DNA of 35,535 nt from a virus (lineage: Duplodnaviria > Caudoviricetes): positions 1 to 35,535 of the IMG/VR virus record IMGVR_UViG_3300025131_007285; one strand, written 5' to 3'. Positions 8,999 through 21,300 of this stretch are shown here, one piece after another (within the stretch, counting starts at the first letter, position 1; each line of letters opens with the position of its first letter). The translations under genes and the position numbers were made by a program. Under the pieces are notes generated by a model that made no database searches, was not told where the DNA came from, and saw only the letters and a program-made list of their open reading frames with translations.

Positions 8999-10801
8999 TT
9001 GGCAAACACAAAAAATTATCCTGCGGTACAATATACATCTCGCGATTTTAATTCTATAAAAAGAGATTTAGTGAATTATGCGAAAAGATATTATGCCAAT
9101 ACTTACCAAGATTTCAGTGAAGCCGGTTTTGGCTCTTTGATGCTGGATACTGTTGCCTATGTTGGAGATATTTTATCTTTTTATGTTGATTATAATGTTA
9201 ATGAATGTTTCCTTGATACTGCAATTGAATACGATAATGTTATAAAATTAGGTCGTCAAATGGGTTTCCGCTTTAAAGGAAGCTCAACATCATCTGGTCA
9301 AGCTTCTTTTTATATAATAATTCCTGCTAATAGCACAGGAGATGATCTTGATTATGCTTATGTTCCGACATTAAAAAAAGGAAGCCGATTTTCTTCAGGT
9401 GATGGAATTACTTTCACTCTTAATGAAAATATAAATTTTGCAAATCCTTCAAATGAGCACACCACCGCTGTAGTTACCGAAACAGGAAATATAACTTCTT
9501 ACGCAGTTAAAGCTCAAGGACAAGTAATATCAGGTGAACTTTTTGAAGAAAGAGTTGTAGTTGGAGATTATCAAAAGTTTTTCCGGACTCAACTGAATGG
9601 CTCTAATATTAACGAAATTATTTCTGTGGTTGATTCTGAGGGGAAAGAATATTATGAAGTTGATTATTTAGCACAAGACGTAGTTTATCGTTCACTTCTT
9701 AATACAGATAGCGATTATAAAACTGAAACAACGGCGGTCTTAAGACCATTTGCGGTTCCGCGAAGATTTATGGTGGAACAAGTTCAAGGAGATATGGTCT
9801 TACAATTTGGTTTTGGCTCAGAAGATAATACAGCCGCAGACACATTAATTGATCCAAGCAAAGTTATATTAGATGTTCATGGAAAAGATTATACAAGTGA
9901 TGTCTCTCTAGATCCTACAAATTTATTAGGAAGCGATAAGTTTGGAATTGCTCCTTCAAATACTATTTTAACAGTTACTTATCGCGCAAATACAATTGAC
10001 AATGTTAATGTTTCGGCTAATGGATTGGTGAATGTTGACGGACCTCTTTTTGATTTTAATGATTTATCTGTTCTTAGTGGAGATCAAGTGGAGAATGTTA
10101 TAAACTCTTTAGAAGTAAATAACGAAGAACCAATTCTTGGAGATGTTTCATTACCATCAACAAATGAGTTAAAGCAAATGATTTATAATACTTTTGCTTC
10201 TCAAAACCGCGCTGTGACTGCTTTAGATTATAAAGCTATGTGTTATGCGATGCCACCCCAATTTGGGAAAATTAAGCGTGTAAATATAGTTAAGGATCGC
10301 GGCTCTTTAAAAAGAAATTTAAACGCATATCTTTTATCAGAGGATGTAAACGGTCATTTTATTCAAACTAATTCTACGATCAAATCAAATTTAAAACAGT
10401 GGTTAAACCAAAGCCGCATGATAAATGATACTGTTGATATTTTAGATGCTAAAATTATTAATATTGGGATTGATTTTGATATAGTAACATCTTTGAATGC
10501 GAATCGTTTTGATATTTTGGACCAAGCTGTTGCATCAATTGGAGCATTTTTAAACGAGAAATTAGAAATTGGAGAGCCGTTTTATTTTTCAACCATTTAT
10601 AATCGTCTTAATTCCATTCCCGGAATTGCAGATACCACACGAGTTAAAGTTTATCAAAAAACAGGAAACAATTATTCTTCTAATTTTCGGTTTATTATTG
10701 ATAATCATATTTCTAATGATGGTCGTTATATTGTTGTTCCAGATAATGCAGTTCTTGAGTTGAAATATCCAGATGTCGATATTAAAGGAAACATACGATA
10801 A
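8999..10801 (+). CDS. Baseplate wedge subunit, T4 gp6 / baseplate J-like (600 aa)
   Basis: N-terminal YTSRDFNSIKRDL...DFSEAGFGSLMLDTVAYVGDILSFYVD...E(C)FLDTA and internal QNRAVTALDY are hallmark gp6/gpJ motifs. Follows gp25. TTG start with an RBS. Confidence 0.92.
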   Translation: MANTKNYPAVQYTSRDFNSIKRDLVNYAKRYYANTYQDFSEAGFGSLMLDTVAYVGDILSFYVDYNVNECFLDTAIEYDNVIKLGRQMGFRFKGSSTSSGQASFYIIIPANSTGDDLDYAYVPTLKKGSRFSSGDGITFTLNENINFANPSNEHTTAVVTETGNITSYAVKAQGQVISGELFEERVVVGDYQKFFRTQLNGSNINEIISVVDSEGKEYYEVDYLAQDVVYRSLLNTDSDYKTETTAVLRPFAVPRRFMVEQVQGDMVLQFGFGSEDNTAADTLIDPSKVILDVHGKDYTSDVSLDPTNLLGSDKFGIAPSNTILTVTYRANTIDNVNVSANGLVNVDGPLFDFNDLSVLSGDQVENVINSLEVNNEEPILGDVSLPSTNELKQMIYNTFASQNRAVTALDYKAMCYAMPPQFGKIKRVNIVKDRGSLKRNLNAYLLSEDVNGHFIQTNSTIKSNLKQWLNQSRMINDTVDILDAKIINIGIDFDIVTSLNANRFDILDQAVASIGAFLNEKLEIGEPFYFSTIYNRLNSIPGIADTTRVKVYQKTGNNYSSNFRFIIDNHISNDGRYIVVPDNAVLELKYPDVDIKGNIR

Positions 10802-12367
10802 ATGGCTATCAAGAGATATACAGCAATTAAAGATAATACTATCACTAATGCTTATGAATCAAATTTAACTACTCGCGGAACAGGCAGCAATATGGGTTTG
10901 GCCGATTCTTTGGAGGTATTTTCAATTTATGCACAAGCAAACTCTTCTTCAAATGAACAGTGTAAATTTATTGTTCAGTTTCCCGTTACAGCCGATGATA
11001 CTGGAACCACTATTATATCAGATAGAAATAATAATAATATCCCTGCAAGCGGAAGTGTAAATTTTTATTTAAGAGTTTTTAATGTTGCAACCAATCAAAC
11101 TCTGCCGCGTGATTTTACTTTAGTGGTTTCTCCCATATCTCAATCCTGGGAAGAAGGCTATGGTTTGGATATGGAAAATTACTCAGACTTAACTTATGGT
11201 GGGACTGGTTCAAATTGGATGAGCGCATCAGCAACTAGTGTTTGGACAAATATAGTTCCCGAAAATCTCGAAGGAGGAAGTTTTTTAAGCGCATCTTGGA
11301 TGGGCGCAGCATCAGATAACTACAATGAATTTAATTATAAACAAACATTTGGAACTGGTGTTGGCGATTTAGAGGTCGATATTACAGGACTTGTTGAACA
11401 ATGGATTTTAGGAACTGCTGGTACTGGCCCAGCAGGTGCTGGCTATTCGAACTATGGTGTGGGAGTAATGTTAACTTCCAGTCAAGCCAGCGGTAATCGT
11501 TCATTTTACACTAAAAAGTTTTCTGCACGAGGAAGTGAATATTTCTTTAAACGCCCAATTATTGAAGCTCGATGGGATAATTCTCGGAAAGATAATCGAG
11601 GCAATTTTTATGTTTCAAGTTCAAATATGAATTCTGCGGATAATTTAAACACTCTTTATCTTTATAATTATGTTAGAGGTCAACCCACGGATCTTCCAAA
11701 TCTTGGCGATAATCGTTTAGTTGGAGTAAGAATTTATACATCATCTTCTATGGGAGAAGTAATCCCAGCTGTTGGGAGTGGTTCATTTGAATATTTGAAT
11801 GCTGTTACTGGTGGATGGGTGGCAACTGGAATTTATAGTGCTTCGTTTGCTCTTAATACGACTGCGAGCTTTGTACATGATAGATGGTTTACTGGATCCG
11901 AGGGTGCATCAATTGATGCTACTGATTCTAGAGTTTTTCATACTGGATCATTCACACCTATTCCTTTTAATTCTTCTAATGTATATTCAATACCGCGTTA
12001 TGTTACTACGATTACTAATTTACAGTCAGAATACTATAGGAATGACAATGCTAGGTTACGCCTTTTTACTCGTTTAAAAGATTGGAGTCCAACTATTTAC
12101 ACAGTAGCATCTAAAGAGATAGAAAATAAATATGTTGAAAATGCATATTATAAGATTTATCGAGAAGGAGATGAATTAAATGTTATTGCATATGGAACAG
12201 GAAGTGATAAGTATACTCGGCTTTCTTACGATGGTTCGGGCAGTTATTTTGATTTAAATGTAAGTTTGTTAGAATCAGATTATTCTTATGCAATTAAATT
12301 TCTCTATTATATTAATGGTGCTTACGAAGAACAACCAGAAATTTTTAGATTCAGAGTAAAAGAGTAA
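10802..12367 (+). CDS. Virion structural protein with an N-terminal DNRLRE/CBM96-like beta-sandwich (521 aa)
   Basis: Pattern KDNTI...LEVF...IVQF...YLRVF...PISQSWEEG..W...LEVDITGLVEQW...NYG..L...FSAR...RPIIEARW resembles DNRLRE-type domains. The start codon directly abuts the gp6 stop (TAAATG). Confidence 0.6.
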   Translation: MAIKRYTAIKDNTITNAYESNLTTRGTGSNMGLADSLEVFSIYAQANSSSNEQCKFIVQFPVTADDTGTTIISDRNNNNIPASGSVNFYLRVFNVATNQTLPRDFTLVVSPISQSWEEGYGLDMENYSDLTYGGTGSNWMSASATSVWTNIVPENLEGGSFLSASWMGAASDNYNEFNYKQTFGTGVGDLEVDITGLVEQWILGTAGTGPAGAGYSNYGVGVMLTSSQASGNRSFYTKKFSARGSEYFFKRPIIEARWDNSRKDNRGNFYVSSSNMNSADNLNTLYLYNYVRGQPTDLPNLGDNRLVGVRIYTSSSMGEVIPAVGSGSFEYLNAVTGGWVATGIYSASFALNTTASFVHDRWFTGSEGASIDATDSRVFHTGSFTPIPFNSSNVYSIPRYVTTITNLQSEYYRNDNARLRLFTRLKDWSPTIYTVASKEIENKYVENAYYKIYREGDELNVIAYGTGSDKYTRLSYDGSGSYFDLNVSLLESDYSYAIKFLYYINGAYEEQPEIFRFRVKE

Positions 12368-12371
12368 TGAC

Positions 12372-15300
12372 ATGGCTAACATTAAAGATCTTTTTGAAAA
12401 AAATAAAGATAATAAAATCTTAGCCGACGCTTCTTTAAACAAGGTTGGCTCTGGTATTGAATCTTCGAATTACGTAAAAAGTAACATAAAGAATAAAGAA
12501 CGTTTTATCCCCCGTATTAATTTTAGTTCTGCTTCTAATTTTGCAAGATATGGCCTAGCAGAAAAATATTATTCGGATTCTATCAATTACATCACGAGTG
12601 AATATCCTTATGATGGTTCCCAAAAAGAAAAAATAGAATGGAACCTGTCTTCCTCATATCTTGACCGTCACATTTTTGAAAATGAATATCCAAGAACCAC
12701 TGGTTATATTAATCTTGGTTTAGATTATGGAACAGTTACATTCGGCAGTTCTACAAACTTAGATGCGAGCACTAAATCAGAATATATTGGATTTTTAGGC
12801 AACACCACAACCCTTCCTCAAAATATTGATCCTAATCAACCGCTTTCTTTAAGATTTGATAATTTAAATCTTTATAATACAGCTAGTGCAGGATTTTCAA
12901 ATTTAGAAATCAATGGTAGCACCGGCTTCGGTGCAGAATTTTGGCTCAAAAAAGATGGTTGGGGGATCACTACAGAATCTCGCGAACAAATTATTTTAGA
13001 TATTTGGAATAGTTCTTCAGTTTCACCCATCGGGCTTTTCCGTGTTTCAGCTTTAAGCGCATCAGCAGCTTTTAATGTTTCTATTTTATCGGGCGCTGTA
13101 ACAAATACATTTACACTTGGTTCCAAACTTCCTATAAGTGGAAACACATGGAATCATTATGCCTTAATGTTTAAGAATAATGATTCTAATTTAGTTGGCA
13201 AACTTTATCATAATGGAAATTTAGTTGATATAGATCGTTCTCTTACTTCTATTAATAAAATCACTGGCTCAATGATGGGGAATATTGGCGCAACTACTGG
13301 TTATGGTGATGGTGGAGACAGCGGCGAAGTCGATGGAGCGGGATTCGGAAAACTATCAGCTTCTTTGGATGAATTTCGATTTTGGAAAACAGAACGATCT
13401 GCTGAAAAAATTGGTCGTCATTGGTTTACTCAAGTCGGGGGTGGCACAAATAGCGATATAACACGCGCAGTCACAGCTTCTACAAAATATAGTTATGAAA
13501 ATCCTGTAGATCTTGGATTTTATTATAAATTTAATGAAGGTATCTTTAACTCAACTGCCACAGTAACAAAAGATTCTGTTATATTAGATTATGCTGGGCG
13601 TGTAACAAATGGTAATTGGACGGGCTATTCCGTGGGTGGCCGGTCATCAGGTTCTGCGATTGTTGAAAGTAGTGCATCTTTGGCTGAATTTAAAGATCCA
13701 ATTATTTATTCCACTCACCCCGATGTTGTGTCACTTCTTAAAACTAAAAAAGAAGAAGGATATCAACACGATCAAAAAAATTTAGCAAACATTTATTCTT
13801 CATATCCAAATTGGATCTTAGAAGAAGATGAGGGCGAACAAACCGAAGTCCTTAAAGATTTAACACAAATTATCGCTAGCTATTTTGATACTTTACAATT
13901 ACAAATTGATTCACTTCCATCACTTAAGGATGTAAATTATTTTAGTGGTTCTGATAAACCATATCCTTTTGCAGAAACATTTATAAATTCTCTTGGAATG
14001 GTTTCTTCTGATATTTTTTCAAACGCTACCGATTTAGAATATTTGGCATCAAGAAATGATTATAAAAATTTCTCGTCTAAATTAGAAGATACAAAAAATA
14101 AAATATATCAAAACATTTATAACAATTTAGTTCACATTTATAAATCAAAAGGAACGGAAAAATCATTTAGAAATCTAATACGTTGTTTTGGTGTTGACGA
14201 TGAGCTTGTCAATATTAATCTTTATGGTGACAACATCGAATATGAGTTTAGAAATAATGTAGACTATAGAATTGTTAAGAAGCGATATGCTAATTTTTAT
14301 GAAGATAATAAGTTTTCAGCTACAGTATTTCAACAAACTTCTAGCACAAATTCTGAAAGTCGTGGTTATCTTAGTTCTAACCCAGAAGTATTTTATCGAG
14401 GAAACACTTACGAAGCGGAGGCTATTTTCGGTAGCAATTTAGATGGGGTCCATAAAAATTATATTTACACTCCTTTTACAAGTTCAGCTGTTTTTGGCTG
14501 TCACAGTGCTGTCACCGCTTCATGGATGGGAACTACATGGGGATCACCAGATTATGGAAACTTCCAGGTTTTAGCAGTCCGTCCATCAATTTCTTCTAAA
14601 GATGCCCGTTTTCACCTAACTGGAACAGCAGGAGGATTTTTCCCATTATTAACCAGTAGTTTATTTAGGAATGTTTATGATGATTCTAGATGGAATTTTG
14701 CAGTTAAGGTAAAACCCACCAAGTATCCTTTAGCTGACGGAGTTACTGGCAGCGCAACAGGAAGTTATGATGTTGAATTTTCTGGTTATAATTATGTTTT
14801 AGATTCTCTTGCTAATAGCTTTTCAGCTTCTTCTGTTATTGATGGAGCAGATGCAAGACAATTTTTGATTTCTAATAAGAGATTCTTTGCTGGTGCTCAT
14901 AGAACCAATTTTACTGGGAGTGTTGTTCAAAACAGTAGTGCTAAGATTTCTTCTGTACGAGCTTGGATAGATTATTTAGATGACAAAAGCATTCAAGCCC
15001 ACGCACAGGATGTTGAAAATTTTGGAACAAAATACCCTTATAAAAATGCTTATATTTCTCAATTAAGTAAATCACTTGGAAATAATATTGTCAGTATTCC
15101 TCAAATGGAAACGCTCGCCCTTTCTTGGAATTTTGATACTGTAACAAGTTCAAATGCAAGTGGACAGTTTGTTGTTCCTGATGTTTCCACAAGACCTATA
15201 AATTATATTGGTGGACCCGGAACTTTAAATAGTTCAGATTGTATAACTTGGGAAAATCTGGTCAATATGGTTGCTATTGGTTGTGGAGGTATCGTCAAGA

Positions 15301-18300
15301 CCAGCGGCGGTAGCGGCTGGAATTCGTGGGCCAATGCAGCTCCGATTGGTGCAAATGGTGCTGTTACTTTTGACCCATTGTTCACTTACACCTCTATGTG
15401 GGAAGTATATGGCGGTCTTCATACATCTGCGGGTAGTGCAGGGGATCAAGGTCTTATTGCTTATGCTTTCTTTTTTGATTCCTTAACAGCAAATGCAGTC
15501 GTTATCCGAGAAGCAGGCTCAGATCCTACTGGTGGTTTATCATGGGCTTTTACTAATCCAACAGATCGTTTTAGGATTATTCGTGGCAATTTTGGTGAAG
15601 TTTTTTATCAGCGAAGCATTGATGATGGAGCAACATATTCTACAATTTATGCAAGCACCGTTAACGCAACGGGCGATTTATATCCTGTTGTAACATCTAA
15701 TGATGCTTCTTGGATCGCTGGACTTTATGGCTCTGTGGAACAAGGCGTGACATCTTCTTTGGACTGGGGATGGCTTAGTTCAATTGCACAGCCTCAACAC
15801 ACTGGAATGGGTTATGGTTTTCCTGTAAATGACACTGGTTCAATAGACAGAAGGTATATCCATTCAGCCAAACAACAATTGCCTGAAGTTGTTAATAGTG
15901 GAGATATGGTTTCCATTATTGATGATACAGACAATCAAATGATGACGCGAGATTCAAGGCCAATAGATTATTATTTTGCATTTGAAAAAAGCATGTATGG
16001 AATAATTTCGGAACAGATAATAAATTATTTTGGAACAATCGTTGGTTTTAATAATTTAATTGGAGAACCAGTAAATCGATATCGTCAAGAATATAAAGAT
16101 TTAGGAAAATTACGTTCTCTTTATTTTGAGAGGGTTAAGAATACTCCCGATTTTGAAAAATTTGTTGAATATTTTAAATGGATTGATACTGCCCTAGGTT
16201 TAATGCTAGTTCAATTAGCGCCAGCAACTGCTGGTTTTTCTGAAAAACTTCGCACAATGGTTGAAAGTCATGTGCTTGAAAGAAATAAATATTGGACAAA
16301 ATTCCCAAGTTTGGAAGTAGAACAAAGTGTTCCTGAAGCTGGAGTGCGAGGCATTAATGAAATGCTTTATTCGTGGAAAAGAGGACATGCTCCATTTACA
16401 CAAGAAGACACTCAAACTGCTTGTATCGAATGGAAAAATCCGGTTAATCTTAGAGTGTTTGACTATCCTGGTGCTTGGTCTGCTGGTTGTGGAGGAGTGT
16501 ATAAAGGTTCTGGCGAAAACGCATGGAACTCCTGGGCAAATGCAAAAGGAATTAATACTTATAGTTCAGTCACTTTCTTATCCTCTTATAGCGATGCTAC
16601 AACGAATAGTGCTAAAGTGGGGCTTCATACTTCGGAAGGCTCCGCAGGCGATGAGCCAGCATTTGCTTTTTGGTTCGATGCAAATTCCGCGAATGCCGTG
16701 CTCATCCATGAGAATGGTTCAGATCCTACTGGTGGCTCTACTTGGGCTTTAAATACGACTGATTATTGGCGCATTAAAAGAAGTGATGGTGGCACAATTG
16801 AATATCAACGTAGTACGGATGGGGGAGTTACTTTTTCTACTGTTTATACTAGTGCAACCAAGGACACATCCACCTTATACCCAGTTATAGCAGTTGAAAG
16901 AGTCCCTTCTTTAGCTGCTGGAATTACTTCCGCGACGGTCGAAAACCGAGATAATGTTAATTGTCTTTGGTGGAAAGAACGAGCCGAAGCTGATAATTCG
17001 TTACGTGGTAATTCAACAGTAGACACACAAAGGAACACATTTAGATTAGCAAATGATTTTAGAAGCGGAAGTGGCCCAACTCTTGCAGTTTCTAGAAATT
17101 CAACCGATACTAAAACAACTTATGCGGGAAGCACATATGCAATAAGAAACTTTACAAAACCCTATAGGTTAATGGTTGAAGAATTACCAGAAATTCATGG
17201 TGGATCAAATTTCTCAAGAGGAAAAAAACTTGATTATGCTCATACACAAATAAAAACAGATCCTTTCGGCGCTACACAAATTAAATTAAAACTTACGGCG
17301 TCAACAATTGAAGAAAAAGCTTGCACGGATGTTATTGATCCTAGTGCCAAAAAGAGACTTGAAGGTGCATTTGTAAGCAACCAAAGTACAACTGCTTTAG
17401 CCGATGTGTCTAAAAACTATGAAGGTGGAAGATCTTCAATGTTTGCACCGTTTAGTTTGTTTAGTTCTTCAATTACTCCTTCATATTTATCCAATTTTAG
17501 AAGCAACACTCAGATAGCCAATTATCATAATGATTCATATGGAGAAGATAATGAAACTCCAATACAAGGTCCATTCACCAATGCTCATGTTGGCGGCTGG
17601 CAATATCGACATCAAAATATAAACAGCGGAGCAGCAGATACAACTGCTACCAGGGCTGAAGCTTGGGAATTATCTGCGGATTCCAATTATATTCAAATTG
17701 CGTCACGCAATTATGATGCGAATCTTCCTCGCGCAACAATGCTTCGTACTGATTATGCAAAACGTCCAGTAAACATTCGCAACATTAAATGGGGAACTGG
17801 CTCTCAAGTTGCAGGCAATTTTAGAAAAAATTATGAAGTATTGCAAACATCAAAGCGTGCATTAAACAATCGCTTCTTTGTTAAAAATGAAGGATTTAAT
17901 CCAGTTCTTAATATATCTCCAACTTTTGATGAGGTGGTGTCTTTTCAACTCCCACGTTACGATTTGACCGGAACAACGAAATCAATTTTTGTTGAAAGAT
18001 TTAACGCTCCTGGTGGACCAGAAGTTAGCTCAAGAGGTGCTTTAGATCTTTATGCTGAAGAATATGCAATTTATAATAATTTAAATTTCCGAAATCAGAT
18101 TGTTCGTAACGCATTAGATGGTTGGCAAAGAGCTTATTGTGGACAGTTTGGGACTTGGGCCGTTTCAGGAGCAGTTGAGGGATATCGCCAACCACGCACA
18201 GAAGATTATAACACTTTAGCAAATTATCATAAAGTTAATAGAAATGGACGTTCAACTGTTCTTATAAACGATTTTAGCAGAGAAGTTGAGTGGGTTAATC

Positions 18301-21300
18301 TTGGTGGCACAACTCCACTGGGCCGAACCGGGTGTGAATTGTCTAATTTTAATAGAACTTTAGGGGTTGTTGCCGCTGGACTTCCCCTAGTCCGATGGGG
18401 ATCTTCCGCCGAGAGCAATCAAAGTATTGAAACAACTGGATATTTCGAAATCGAAGTTAGTGTTATTGATCCTATGCCCAATTGGGTTATCGGTCTATCT
18501 TCTAATGACAAGGAAATATCAAACAAGGTCGATGATTTTTGGGATTTTTCATTAAGAGGTTCCACTCAAGTGCGTGTCTTTGAGGGTGATATTGATAGAA
18601 TGTCGGCACGGTCAATTGCCGTTGGAGATAAATTGCGAATTTCCAGAATTAGATCCCAGATTATCTATCAACATAAACCAGTAGGAACTGCTAATTGGAT
18701 TACTTTTTATATAAGCACTATTACTCCAAAAGGTAATTATTATCCTCGGGCTGCTTTTGATTATCTGGCTGGAATCGATACTTCTATAACAAACGCTCGC
18801 ATCTCCAACCCTCGTTACGATAATTGGTATGTCCAACACCCAATTCCACAAAGTGAATTGCAATATGCATGGATAAATGATTCTTATGATAAATCAAAAG
18901 ATCAGCCATTTGGTTATGCCTCAAACTTTACCGTTCCTTCTGGAAGCACTGCCACAACTGCATCGGCAGTTCAGTTTGTGACAAAATCTTGTTGGAATTA
19001 TGATTGGGCGACGTTGGGGGGTTGTTCTTATTATGTTAATTTTGCACAATATTATTTTCAATTCAATTGGCCAAAGGAATATTATAAATATACTATTACT
19101 CCCTCGACAAACACTTTAGAACCGGGATACATTTTTTCGTCGCATTTGTACGGAAGAACAATTAACGGTCATTTCAATAACATTAACGGTCCTTACGGTT
19201 ATCCATCTTGGAAACAAATTAGAACTGGTGAAACACCCGTTGCACGGTATCAAAAAAATAATAATATTTTATCTATCATGCAACCTCCACGACTTACTGA
19301 ATTACCCAATGGTAATGGCTTTGAAAAAGCAGCAGTATTTTATAACAGCCGAACAGATACTCAAAAACAATTTATTGTACCTCCAGTTGTGTTCAAATAT
19401 CGTGCTCTTGATACAGAACATGCGGTTTCTGAACGTCGCGGACGAACAGGTCTTACTGATCTGGTTAGAACAAAATTAAGAAGCACATACGCAAATAATA
19501 ATTGTTTGTTCTCGCACGGACCAGTTCAAACTATAGGTTCTAATAATGAATCAATTGCAGACTGGTTAAACGTTCCATCTGCAAAAACAGATATGCAGAT
19601 TTATGATGTAATGAAGGCTGATCCTTCTGTATGGACAAACATTTACAAGCTCAATTATAAAGAGATTGTTTATCCGCGAGGGGCAAACGCAGGACTTACA
19701 ACTGCTCGCGGAAGACCTGAATATGCGGAAGTTGCGATTGGGTCTTTATTTGGAAATACATTTTCTGCTTCTTTATCAGTAGGATCAAATGGAATTGATC
19801 GAGGACCACTTGAGCGAAGAACATTTTGGAGAGATTCGAATATCTTAAGAACTAGACGCGCAGGGGTTGTGCAATTTTCGAATGCAACTGTCGGAGTCGC
19901 CCTTGATCCAAGCTGGTATATTACTGGAACTATTCCAAACTCTCAAGGAATAATAAACGGTCACTCAACTGGTATTTATCCTTTTGGCACAATTCCTCTC
20001 TCATATTCATTGGGTGCCCAACAGACAGGATTACAACTCTGTACCCAAGTCGCGGGTGTCGCGTTCGGCACCCCAGATCAATATCCTAACACCGGAGAAC
20101 TAAACTCAGCTAATTATCAAATTTTTGCTGGTTATGCAGGAACTAGTCGGGACAGCGCCAACCCGTCAGGGGTTTCCAGTTCTATCTCAGCACATTGTGT
20201 ATGGTATCCCACAGCATCTGCTTTTTATTATCATTTTCCACGTATTGCGGGTGCCCAAGGCAGCAACGGACCTTATATGATCGGAATGAAATGGCGCACA
20301 GCAGAATTATCAGGCAAAAAGCCCTGGTTCGATTCTTATGAAGATTATGCCGCTGATATTCGCGGATTAGGAAAAAGTTTTACAGTTGTTCCAGAATTTA
20401 GAATTTCAGACCACATAAAATATTATATTGTCACAAAGGCGAAAGATTTTAAAGCGAAGAATGACAAGTTTCTAAGTTTAAACGGAGCCAGTATTACTTC
20501 AAGCGCAAATGATCGAGATTCATCCCCTAATGATGATATAAGAGGTTTTAGTGATAAATTTTTTAATGATTATTCAAATTCAGATTTTCAACAATATTTT
20601 GGAAAATTTGATACTGATTCTGATGATAATCTTACCAACCTTACTTTGAGATGCAAAGGGATCAAAAAACTTCTTCCTTATAATGGGTTTTACCCATCAC
20701 AACGATCTTTACAATTGGCTTCTTTATTTTCTCAATCCATAGCTCCCTATGTAGACGGAATTCAGTGGAAACGAGGTCAAACTATAGACCCCGATCACCC
20801 ACCTTCGGGGGCTTTAGCGGTCCAATCTCTGTTGCAACCTTTTTATGCACCAGGTATTATGTATAACACTATTAAATCAGGTATTGGTGTGACTTGGGGA
20901 GCTTATACAGGCTCTATTCCAGTTGGCACTGGAATATATGGAGCAGCGACGGTAGGCACATTGAGACTAAAATCTAATTATAAAATACCTTTTGAATCTA
21001 TTTTAGATCCTTTAGGAAAAACAGGAATACCCAATCAATCTGGAAGTGAAACTGCGACTCAAAAATTGTACCTGGCTATTCCGACTTATCAGACAGGTTC
21101 CCGAAACGACTACGCCATCAGTGGCGCAGCCTTTCCGTGGGCACCGGTGTGCTGTCCAGAATCTCCAACAGCAAGACAGGCCCGCGCCCCATATGTAGAA
21201 TTAACGGGCTCATCGAGAACATTAGCTCAAAGTAATAATTCTGATTATGGGGTATATCAATTGGCAATTAGTAATTTCTTAGCTGAAATCCCTAATTTCT

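Noticed and set aside
15240-16943. Diversity-generating retroelement TR/VR pair
   Set aside because: Differences between copies involve all four bases, are often synonymous and include indels, so they are not adenine-specific. Both copies are in-frame coding, and there is no reverse transcriptase in the window.
15240-18806. Inteins (copies 1 and 2 begin with Cys)
   Set aside because: No C-terminal HN-[CST] splice motif, no block B TxxH and no LAGLIDADG motifs. The sequences look like beta-sandwich adhesion modules.
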